Below are positions 56,261 to 64,000 of a stretch of DNA of 64,000 nt, piece by piece. The position numbers were made by a program, and so were the translations under genes. The stretch is from Bdellovibrionales bacterium (GTDB lineage: Bacteria > Bdellovibrionota > UBA1018 > CAIMNF01). Where the stretch lies: assembly GCA_040380025.1 (NCBI GenBank), contig JBEIJY010000002.1, positions 64,001-128,000 on the forward strand, in the 5' to 3' direction. How positions within the stretch are numbered: position 1 is the first letter of the stretch; the number at the start of each line of letters is the position of its first letter. The notes under the pieces are model-generated. The model had not been told where the DNA came from, made no database searches, and worked only from the letters and a program-made list of their open reading frames with translations.

Positions 56261-58606
56261 GTGAAATTCGTGATCCTGGCTCTTGCATCCTGCTTGTTTC
56301 TCGCGTCCGCCCGGGCCGCCACGATCACCGAGGTCCAGACCGCGGGGCTCCGGCGCATCGAGCGCGATGCCGTGCTCGAGAAAATCCTCTCCAAAAAGGG
56401 TGTTGAGTACGATTCCGACCGCATCCGATCCGACATCGAGGCCCTTTATGGCATGGGGTATTTTGACGACATCTCGATTCATCGGGAGGACTCCCCCGAA
56501 GGCGGCGTCGTTCTGAAGTACGAATTCGTCGAGCGGCCCGTGATCAACGAGATTCTTTTCGAGGGGAACGAAAAGATCTCCACCTCCGATCTCGAGGAGG
56601 CGATCAAGGTCAAGCGCTGGTCGATCCTCGACACGAGCAAAGTCCAGGCGGACATCGAGATCCTTCAAAAGCAGTACGAAGAAAAAGGCTATTTCCTCGC
56701 CCGGATCACCCATGAGGTGAGGCCCGATGTCGAGGGAGAGGTCAAGCTCGTGTACCGGGTCTCGGACTACGACAAGGTCGAGATCAAGCGGATCAACATC
56801 CTGAACAACAAGCGCTTCAGCACTTCAAAGCTGAAGTCCCTTTTCGCCGAAACCAAAGAGGGAGATTCGGCGAGCCTGCTTTCGAGCGGGGGATCCTTCA
56901 AGGAATCGGCGTTCAAGGTCGATCTCCAGCGCCTGATGTATTTTTACTTCGACAACGGCTATCTCAAGTTCCGGCATGAGAATCCCGTGGTCACCGTGAG
57001 CGAAGACAAGCGCCACGTGTTCATCTCGCTCTGGGTCGATGAAGGCGAGCAGTACTCGGTTGGGTCGTATGACTTCAGCGGCGATCTTCTTTTTCCGAAA
57101 GATGAGCTCAAAAAAGAGATCAGTCTCCTGGAAGGCCAGATCTTCACGATTACGGGGCGCAATGCCGACATCCAGAGGCTGACCGAGAAATATCAGGATC
57201 TCGGGTACGCCTTTGTGAACGTGGTTCCCCGGATGGAGTTCGATGACCAGAAGAAAACCATCGCCGTCGATTATTCTTTCGAAAAAGGAAGCCTGGTTCA
57301 TTTTGGCGAGATCCGGATCGTCGGCAACACCAAGACCTACGACAAGGTGATCCGTCGCGAGCTTCGGATTTATGAGGGCGAGCTGTACAGCGGGTCCAAG
57401 CTCAGAATTTCAAAGGAGCGGGTGGAGCGCCTCGGGTTTTTTGCGCCGGGCGAGGTGCAGTTCAATCAGATTCCGCGAAAAGGGCGCGATGATGTCGTCG
57501 ACATCGAGATCCAGATCAAGGAACGCTCGACCGGAAGCGTGACTCTCGGGGCCGGATACAGCTCCGTGCAGGGCTTCTTTTTTCAGGGAAGGATCCAGGA
57601 AATCAACCTCTTCGGCCGTGGTCAGAACCTGAGCTTCGAGACGCAGTGGGGGCGCACCCAGCTCGTCCGGAGCTTCTCGCTTTCGTTTCTTGATCCGTAC
57701 GCCTTCGATACCCTTTGGAGTGCGGGCTTTGACATCTTCATGGCGAACTCGCCGATCCCGGACCGCTACCTGATCCGTCGCTCGGGGTTCAATCTCAGGA
57801 CGGGGTATCCGCTCACCGATGACATTCAAGGGTTCATCACCTACAAGTTCGAGCATCTGGGAGTCCTGATCAACGATGCCGACAGCCGGAATCAGCAGCG
57901 GCTCCTTCCGGGCGCAAACACTTCGCTCCCCGTACTGAAGGCCGATGAAACTCTCGACAGAGGCATTCTCTCGAGCCTGGTCTTCAGCGTGGTCCGTGAT
58001 CGCCGGAATAACCGCTTCGAAACCACCAGCGGCAATTATCAGAACGCCTCGTTCGAGATCGCCGGTCTCGGCGGGGTGAAGGATTTTGCGAAGCTCATTT
58101 TGAACAATCGCTTTTATTCGAATTTCATCGGGAATTTTGTTTTCAAGAACAACACCGAGTTCGGCGCCTTGTTCAATACCGGCGGACGGGGGATTCCTCC
58201 TGCCGAGAAGTTCTTCCTCGGGGGGCCGTGGAATTTGCGCGGCTTTGATGCGTTCTCGATCTCGCCGACCAGTGGCACGGGAACAGCGGACGATCCGATC
58301 GAGAAACTCGGCGGGGTCTCGCAATTCTTCTCGATGTTCGAGCTGGAGCATCCGATCGTGAAGGAGGCGGGAATCAAAGGAGTCCTTTTTTACGACGTCG
58401 GAAGCTCTTTTGCGGGCGTTCCTGTCATCGATTCTGGTCGAAACTACAATCTCCGGCAGGACTGGGGATTCGGAATCCGCTGGTTTTCGCCCCTCGGACC
58501 TCTGCGATTTGAATGGGGTTTTCCGATCGGACGGCAGATCATCGCCACCCGGGGCCAGATCGAGGCAAGCCCCTCATTCATTTTCTTTATCGGACAACCC
58601 TTTTAG
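56261..58606 (+). CDS. bamA: Outer membrane protein assembly factor BamA
   Basis: POTRA repeats (GNEKI, GNTKT.DKVIRRE), ERSTG, NLFGRGQ, LRGF, SPLGPLRF, C-terminal F. Confidence 0.96.
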   Translation: MKFVILALASCLFLASARAATITEVQTAGLRRIERDAVLEKILSKKGVEYDSDRIRSDIEALYGMGYFDDISIHREDSPEGGVVLKYEFVERPVINEILFEGNEKISTSDLEEAIKVKRWSILDTSKVQADIEILQKQYEEKGYFLARITHEVRPDVEGEVKLVYRVSDYDKVEIKRINILNNKRFSTSKLKSLFAETKEGDSASLLSSGGSFKESAFKVDLQRLMYFYFDNGYLKFRHENPVVTVSEDKRHVFISLWVDEGEQYSVGSYDFSGDLLFPKDELKKEISLLEGQIFTITGRNADIQRLTEKYQDLGYAFVNVVPRMEFDDQKKTIAVDYSFEKGSLVHFGEIRIVGNTKTYDKVIRRELRIYEGELYSGSKLRISKERVERLGFFAPGEVQFNQIPRKGRDDVVDIEIQIKERSTGSVTLGAGYSSVQGFFFQGRIQEINLFGRGQNLSFETQWGRTQLVRSFSLSFLDPYAFDTLWSAGFDIFMANSPIPDRYLIRRSGFNLRTGYPLTDDIQGFITYKFEHLGVLINDADSRNQQRLLPGANTSLPVLKADETLDRGILSSLVFSVVRDRRNNRFETTSGNYQNASFEIAGLGGVKDFAKLILNNRFYSNFIGNFVFKNNTEFGALFNTGGRGIPPAEKFFLGGPWNLRGFDAFSISPTSGTGTADDPIEKLGGVSQFFSMFELEHPIVKEAGIKGVLFYDVGSSFAGVPVIDSGRNYNLRQDWGFGIRWFSPLGPLRFEWGFPIGRQIIATRGQIEASPSFIFFIGQPF

Positions 58607-58621
58607 GTTAAGCTCCCCCTC

Positions 58622-59131
58622 ATGAACAAAACAGCCACGATCGGTTTTATTCTGTGCAGTCTGGTCCTCAACTCCGCCATCGCCCGTGCCGACGGAGACC
58701 TGAAAGTCGGGATCATCGACATGCAGAAATGCATTCAAAGTTCGGATTCCGGAAAGAAAGCGAAGGCCGAGCTCGAAGCAGCCTTCAACAAAAAGAAAAA
58801 AGAACTTCAAGAGCAGGAACAGGCTTTTAAGACCGCAGAAGAAGCGTTTCAAAAGAAGCAGGGCGCTTTGAGCGAGACCGCCCGGAAGGAACAACAAGAA
58901 AAGCTCCGGGAGAAGTTCATGAAGTATCAGGAGAACCTGCAGCGATCCCAGGCCGAGATTCAAAAAAAGGAGCAGGACATGAGCGCTCCCATCATCCAGA
59001 AGGTGCGCGAGAAGGTGACCGAAATCGCGAAGAAACGCGGCCTCGGCATCGTGCTCGAGAAGAACGAGAACATCGTCATTCATTCCGAGGACCGCTACGA
59101 CATCACCGATGAGGTCATGAAGGCTCTTTGA
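58622..59131 (+). CDS. skp: Skp/OmpH chaperone
   Basis: Signal peptide, KVGIID, long coiled coil, DITDEV. Confidence 0.92.
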   Translation: MNKTATIGFILCSLVLNSAIARADGDLKVGIIDMQKCIQSSDSGKKAKAELEAAFNKKKKELQEQEQAFKTAEEAFQKKQGALSETARKEQQEKLREKFMKYQENLQRSQAEIQKKEQDMSAPIIQKVREKVTEIAKKRGLGIVLEKNENIVIHSEDRYDITDEVMKAL

Positions 59132-60216
59132 TGGTCTCGATCGAGCAGGTTGCAGACTGGTGCGGGGGACGGATTGCGAACTCCGCTGAGGGGGCGATTT
59201 CCTCGCTGGCAGGGTCGCTTCGCCTGCGACGGATCGCACCTCTTGAGAAGGCCGGACCCGAGGATCTTGCGTTCTTTTTTTCAAAAAACTACCAAGAGGC
59301 CCTGAAGCAGACCCGCGCCGGGGCGATCGTGACGGGCGATGCGTTCGTCGCTCCTCTGGCCGGATCGGGACTTCCCCAGTGGAAGACTTCCGTATTTTTG
59401 TCGTGCCCGCAGCCTTATCTGGCGATGGCACTCATCACCCGCGAATTTTCGAAACTTCTTTCGGCCCATGATCATCAGCAAAAAAGAGCCGCAAGCGAGA
59501 TCCACCCGAGCGCGGTGATCGATCCTTCGGCACGGCTCGGCGAGCGGGTCAAAGTGGGTCCTCATGTGGTCATCGAGGCCGGCGCCGTGGTGGGCAATGA
59601 TGTCACCCTGTATCCCTCGGTGTATCTCGGCCCGGATACGCGAGTGGGCGATGAGACCGTGCTCTTCCCGCGAGTTTCGCTGTATCAGGCAAGCGAGGTC
59701 GGCAAGAGGTGCCGCCTCCACGCCGGAGCAGTGATCGGAGCCGACGGGTTCGGGTACGCGCAAAAAACCGACCCAGCAAGCAAGCTCCCGGTCGATCACC
59801 TGAAGATTTACCATCTCGGCCGCGTTGTGATCGGCGACGATGTTGAGATCGGTGCGAATTCGACGATCGATCGCGGCACTTTCGGCGACACGATCATCGG
59901 CGACAAGGTCAAGATCGACAACCAGGTCCAGATCGGACACAACGTGGTGCTCGAAGAGGGCGCGGTTCTTTGCGGCGCCTCCGGAGTCGCGGGAAGTTCA
60001 ACGGTCGGACGATTCACCATGATCGGAGCACAGGCGGGTCTCGGCAACGGAGTCAAAGTCGGGGCGTACTCGACGCTCGCAGGGTATACCGGTGTGACCA
60101 AGGATTATCCCGATCATTCCGCTCTTGCGGGAGTTCCCGCGCGGCCGCAAAGCGAGCAGTTCCGGATCCTGGCGCTCCAACAAAAGCTTCTGAAAGAACG
60201 AGGACGAAAAAAATGA
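59128..60216 (+). CDS. lpxD: UDP-3-O-acylglucosamine N-acyltransferase
   Basis: Hexapeptide repeats, IGADGFGY, GANSTIDRG, KIDNQVQIGHN. Confidence 0.95.
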   Translation: MMVSIEQVADWCGGRIANSAEGAISSLAGSLRLRRIAPLEKAGPEDLAFFFSKNYQEALKQTRAGAIVTGDAFVAPLAGSGLPQWKTSVFLSCPQPYLAMALITREFSKLLSAHDHQQKRAASEIHPSAVIDPSARLGERVKVGPHVVIEAGAVVGNDVTLYPSVYLGPDTRVGDETVLFPRVSLYQASEVGKRCRLHAGAVIGADGFGYAQKTDPASKLPVDHLKIYHLGRVVIGDDVEIGANSTIDRGTFGDTIIGDKVKIDNQVQIGHNVVLEEGAVLCGASGVAGSSTVGRFTMIGAQAGLGNGVKVGAYSTLAGYTGVTKDYPDHSALAGVPARPQSEQFRILALQQKLLKERGRKK

Positions 60217-60743
60217 ACGAGCCCGCTCCGTACCAACTGGATATCCGGAAGATCCAGGAATTTCTTCCTCATCGGTATCCGTTCTTGATGGTCGACCGGA
60301 TTCTGGACATCACCGGGCCCGGCCCCTTGGACAGTGACGAGTCCAAGACCAAAATCGGCATCAAGGTCCGGGGCGTGAAGAACGTCACCATGAATGAGCC
60401 GTATTTCACGGGACACTTTCCCGACCTTCCGATCATGCCCGGGGTGCAGATCATCGAGGCCATGGCCCAGGTGGCGAGCTTTTCGATTTATCCGACCTAC
60501 ATGAAGCGCAAAGCCGAATTCGACGACGGGTTTCAGTGCTTTCTCGTGGGAGTCGACAACGCGCGCTTCCGCGCGCCCGTCACTCCGGGAGATGTTCTCG
60601 TGGTCGAAACCGAAGTGACCATGAGTCGCTCCACCATGTGGGGGTTCCATGTTCGCGGTACCGTCGACGGCAAACTCGTGGCCGAGGCCGATCTTCTCGC
60701 TAACATCCTGATGAGCCGCAAGGGCTCGAAAACAGTCCGATAA
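60213..60743 (+). CDS. fabZ: 3-hydroxyacyl-ACP dehydratase
   Basis: LPHRYPFLMVD, KNVTMNEP.F.GHFP, PGV..IEAMAQ. Confidence 0.96.
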   Translation: MNEPAPYQLDIRKIQEFLPHRYPFLMVDRILDITGPGPLDSDESKTKIGIKVRGVKNVTMNEPYFTGHFPDLPIMPGVQIIEAMAQVASFSIYPTYMKRKAEFDDGFQCFLVGVDNARFRAPVTPGDVLVVETEVTMSRSTMWGFHVRGTVDGKLVAEADLLANILMSRKGSKTVR

Positions 60744-60756
60744 AAGGAGTTTCATC

Positions 60757-61536
60757 ATGGCGAACATCCATTCGACTGCGATTGTCCATGCCCGTGCAGA
60801 GCTTGCCGCCACGGTCGAGGTAGGACCCTACTGTGTGATCGGCCCGAATGTGAAGGTCGACGAGGGGACTTGTTTTCAGAGCCATGTTGTCGTCGATGGT
60901 TGGACGACGATCGGCAAGAACAATGTGTTCTTTCCGTTCGGCTCGATCGGAGCCGTGCCGCAGGACCTGAAGTACAAGGGCGAAAAAACCGAGCTGATCA
61001 TCGGGGACCACAACACGATCCGCGAGAGCGTCACTTTGAATCTCGGGACCGTGCAGGGAATCGGAAAGACCGTGATCGGAAATCACAACCTGATCATGGC
61101 CTATGTGCATTTCGGTCATGATGTCGTGCTCGGAAACCACGCCATCATCGCGAACTCGGTCAATCTTGCGGGGCACTCCGTGATCGAAGACCATGTGAAC
61201 GTCGGCGGCATGACCGGGGTTGTGCAGTTCTGCCGGATCGGGGCGCACTCCTATGTCGGGGGTTGTTCGGTGATCGATCGGGACGTGACTCCCTTCACCA
61301 TCGTCATCGGCTCACGGCCCGTCGAGCTGAAGGGTGCCAACATCATCGGCCTTCGCCGGCGTGGATTCAGCAATGCCACGATCTCGGCGATCAGTGAATC
61401 CCTGAAGCTCTGGAAGCGTGCGGATGTCATGAGGGACCAGTGCCTGCTCGAGATCGAGAGCCAGTATGGCGAGGTTCCCGAGGTGCGGGAACTCGTGCAG
61501 TTCATCCGGAAGAGCGAGCACGGTTGCGTGAGATGA
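60757..61536 (+). CDS. lpxA: UDP-N-acetylglucosamine O-acyltransferase
   Basis: PQDLKY, IRESVT, AYVHFGHD, LAGH, GLRRRGF. Confidence 0.96.
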   Translation: MANIHSTAIVHARAELAATVEVGPYCVIGPNVKVDEGTCFQSHVVVDGWTTIGKNNVFFPFGSIGAVPQDLKYKGEKTELIIGDHNTIRESVTLNLGTVQGIGKTVIGNHNLIMAYVHFGHDVVLGNHAIIANSVNLAGHSVIEDHVNVGGMTGVVQFCRIGAHSYVGGCSVIDRDVTPFTIVIGSRPVELKGANIIGLRRRGFSNATISAISESLKLWKRADVMRDQCLLEIESQYGEVPEVRELVQFIRKSEHGCVR

Positions 61537-63620
61537 GGATCTTTGTCTCCGCGGCGGAGATTTCGTCTGACATTCACGCCGCGAAGATTCTCCGCGCCCT
61601 GATCGATCTCTTGCCGCCGGATTCGGTCCGTGTTGCCGGAATCGGCGGTCCGCGTCTTCGAGCCCTCCCTGAATTCGAGTGTCTTGCCGAAGCGGAGTCG
61701 ATGCGGGTCATGGGTTTTGTCGAAGTGCTCGGAAGTTTGGGCAAGCTCGCGCGAATTCGTGACAAAATCGAAGGATTCCTTTCTTCGAATCCTCCCGATC
61801 TCATTCTGACGTTCGATTATCCTGATTTCCATTTTTCTTTGATGAAAAGACTCTCGCGCCATCCCTGGTTTGCGGAAGCATTCAAGATCTGCGCGATTCC
61901 GCCCAAGGTCTGGGTGTGGCGAAAAAATCGGGTCGAACGGATCCGCAGACTCTACGACGGGGTGCTCGTGGTGTTCCCGTTCGAAGAACAATTCTATCGC
62001 GATCACGGGATCCCGGTTTTGTACCGTGGGAATCCGCTCATTGCCGATCTGCTCGAGCGGCATCCTGTCCGGGCCGGTGGCGATGCCGGTGATTTCTTGC
62101 AACTCGCAGTTCTTCCCGGAAGCCGCAAGGGGGAGCTAAAGCAGCATCTTCCGATTGTGGCGGCCACGCTTCATGATCTTTCTGCGATTTCAGGAAGAAC
62201 GGTGATTGCAGAGGTGCCCGTTCCCCGGGGAGTCGAGCAGTCTTGGATCGAGTGCGAGCTGGTTTCGAACTCACGGGTGCAGTACCGGTTTTTTCCGGAT
62301 GGATCGGGAGAGGTCCTCTCGCGCAATTCCGTCGGGTTGGTGAAGAGCGGCACGTCCACGCTCGAGGCGGCGGTTCTCGGGTGTGTGCCGGTGATTTTTT
62401 ATCGAATGAATCCCGTGAGTGAGTGGATTTTCAAGAAATTCGTCCGGTACGCCGGTCCGGTGGGGCTCCCGAACATCCTGCTTGGAATCCGGGATCGAAG
62501 CCGCGCGGTGTTTCGCGAGTTTTTGGGTCGGGAGGCCGCCCCCGGAGCGCTGGCCGTGGAGCTTCGGAGATTGCTCGAGGATTCCGGGTCGAGAGACGAA
62601 CTCCAACGGGCCGGTGACTCCTTGCGGTCCTCTTTGGTGCCCGCCCGGGGGCCGGTCCCGACCGAACTCGCGAAGGCCATTCTGGAGTGGGTTTCGACGC
62701 CGCGAAATCTCCGCATTTCCCGCAAAAAATCAACATGGATCGCACTGGCTTCGTTCTTCTGGTCTTGTTTGAATGGCCTGCGAAGGGGAGTGCGGAAGGC
62801 TCTCGGACTCACCGGGCGCAAGCTTCCGGTCCGTTCGATTCTGGTCGGAAACCTGCAGGCCGGCGGGGCGGGAAAAACCCCTCTGGTGATCGCTCTCGCG
62901 CAGGGGGCGCTGGCGCGGGGGGATCGGGTCGGGGTGGTTTCGCGCGGCTACGGAATCAAGCTCACTGAAACAGTCCGGATCGCATCTCACGGGGACTCCG
63001 CGTCCCGGATCGGAGACGAACCGGCCGAAATTCTGAGCGAGGTACCGGGAGTGAAGATCGCTCTTTCGGCCGATCGGCATCAGGCTGCAGAGGCACTGAT
63101 CCGCGAGGGCGTGAATCTCATTCTGGCCGATGACGGATTCCAGAATCTCCGGTTTCGCACCGATGTGACCGTTCTTGCGGTGACGGATGCGGGACGGAAC
63201 GAGATTCCCTATCGGGATTTTGACTCGGTCGCGACTTTGGCAGACTTCGTCGTCCAAACAAAGGGCGAGGTGGGCGACCGGTTCGGTGCGATTTTTCGGC
63301 TCGAGTGGGAGTCTGATGCGATTCCTCATGGTCCTCTTTGGCTCTGGTGTGCCGTCGGGGATCCCGATGAGGTGGTGCGATTCCATCGGAATCGCGGGTG
63401 TGAAATCGAGCGTGTGATCGTCGCCCGCGATCATGCGGTGCCGGACCCCGCGGCGATCTCGGCATGGATCAACGAAGCCCGTCTTGCGGGTGCGCATCTG
63501 GCCGTGACCCCGAAGGATGCGGTGAAGATTCCGCTCGATCTGCGTCAGGAAATTGTGGTTCTTTCTCGAAGGATTCGCGCTCCACAGTTGATTTCGAAGA
63601 TCTTGGACCGTTTGCAATAA
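61533..63620 (+). CDS. Fused lipid A disaccharide synthase (LpxB) / tetraacyldisaccharide 4'-kinase (LpxK)
   Basis: LpxB: EISSD, DYPDF, VWVWR, FPFE, LPGSR, SGTSTLE, LPNIL. LpxK: VGNL..GGAGKTP, SRGYG, GDEP, DDGFQ, T.KDAVK. One frame; ATGA overlap with lpxA. Confidence 0.9.
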   Translation: MRIFVSAAEISSDIHAAKILRALIDLLPPDSVRVAGIGGPRLRALPEFECLAEAESMRVMGFVEVLGSLGKLARIRDKIEGFLSSNPPDLILTFDYPDFHFSLMKRLSRHPWFAEAFKICAIPPKVWVWRKNRVERIRRLYDGVLVVFPFEEQFYRDHGIPVLYRGNPLIADLLERHPVRAGGDAGDFLQLAVLPGSRKGELKQHLPIVAATLHDLSAISGRTVIAEVPVPRGVEQSWIECELVSNSRVQYRFFPDGSGEVLSRNSVGLVKSGTSTLEAAVLGCVPVIFYRMNPVSEWIFKKFVRYAGPVGLPNILLGIRDRSRAVFREFLGREAAPGALAVELRRLLEDSGSRDELQRAGDSLRSSLVPARGPVPTELAKAILEWVSTPRNLRISRKKSTWIALASFFWSCLNGLRRGVRKALGLTGRKLPVRSILVGNLQAGGAGKTPLVIALAQGALARGDRVGVVSRGYGIKLTETVRIASHGDSASRIGDEPAEILSEVPGVKIALSADRHQAAEALIREGVNLILADDGFQNLRFRTDVTVLAVTDAGRNEIPYRDFDSVATLADFVVQTKGEVGDRFGAIFRLEWESDAIPHGPLWLWCAVGDPDEVVRFHRNRGCEIERVIVARDHAVPDPAAISAWINEARLAGAHLAVTPKDAVKIPLDLRQEIVVLSRRIRAPQLISKILDRLQ

Positions 63621-63647
63621 GCCCTGGGAAGCCGTAAACTCAAAAAG

Positions 63648-64000
63648 ATGGAAAGAAAACGGGGCCGGCGACTTTATTCGGCGGGACATTTCGGTCTTGG
63701 AGTGTTGTTGATTCTTGCCGCGTGTTCCACATCCAATCATTTGCGAAAGATCGAGGATGGCGACCTGAGCAAAGAGCTTTCCCCGGATCTTGCAAAGCGC
63801 TTCGAGGTGAAGGATTTCTCGGGAGCGCCCCCGGCTCCTGCGCCGTCCCCTGCGCCGCTACCGGCTGCTTCCGAAAAAGCCGGCAAGAAGAAAGGCAAAA
63901 AAGGATCTGGAATGAAGGAGAAGCAGCCATCTCCGAGCGAGCCAAAAGCAGTCCCGGCTCCCGCGTCCGCGCCCTCCCGACGGGTGTCACCCATGCCCTT
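63648..64000 (+). CDS. Lipoprotein, N-terminal part (runs off window)
   Basis: MERKRGRR...GVLLILAAC lipobox, then Pro/Lys-rich linker; TAAACT 7 nt before the ATG. Confidence 0.7.
   Translation, partial: MERKRGRRLYSAGHFGLGVLLILAACSTSNHLRKIEDGDLSKELSPDLAKRFEVKDFSGAPPAPAPSPAPLPAASEKAGKKKGKKGSGMKEKQPSPSEPKAVPAPASAPSRRVSPMP

Noticed and set aside
1060..63740. Long antisense or alternative-frame ORFs (e.g. 1060-2613, 2776-4407, 4452-5966, 20028-22151, 33162-34424, 48099-49313, 50318-51844, 62730-63740)
   Set aside because: They are shadows of clearly identified genes in GC-rich DNA and carry no recognisable motifs

Overview
A GC-rich bacterial chromosomal segment with no rRNA, CRISPR array or transposase seen. 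Gene content (TRL-like lipoprotein, HD-GYP/PilZ proteins, many orphan secreted proteins, sigma-28-like promoters) suggests a Bdellovibrionota-like or former deltaproteobacterial lineage; this is inference, not a placement. Most of the window is housekeeping: leuS end, prs-pth-ychF, trmFO/xerC, ahpCF, dbpA, msrBA, rsgA, tadA, ampG, galE, trxB, lolC/E-lolD-bamA-skp-lpxD-fabZ-lpxA, and tRNA-Asn and tRNA-Ser. The standout is a retinal-phototrophy module (24037-30303): a DTE/Leu105 proteorhodopsin, an intrinsic terminator, then one ORF fusing lycopene cyclase (CrtY) to beta-carotene 15,15'-dioxygenase (Blh), facing a convergent crtE-crtI-crtB operon. Other notable items are a family of ~200-nt fold-back elements with a conserved core, conserved termini and divergent but still paired arms; a candidate sigma-28-driven structured sRNA; an LpxB-LpxK fusion; a recurring TANNNT-N6/7-ATG leaderless signature; a nonsense-inactivated BrnT toxin next to tRNA-Ser; an RsgA lacking its zinc finger; and a lone sbtA. 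All calls are by eye from motifs; no database searches or folding programs were run.
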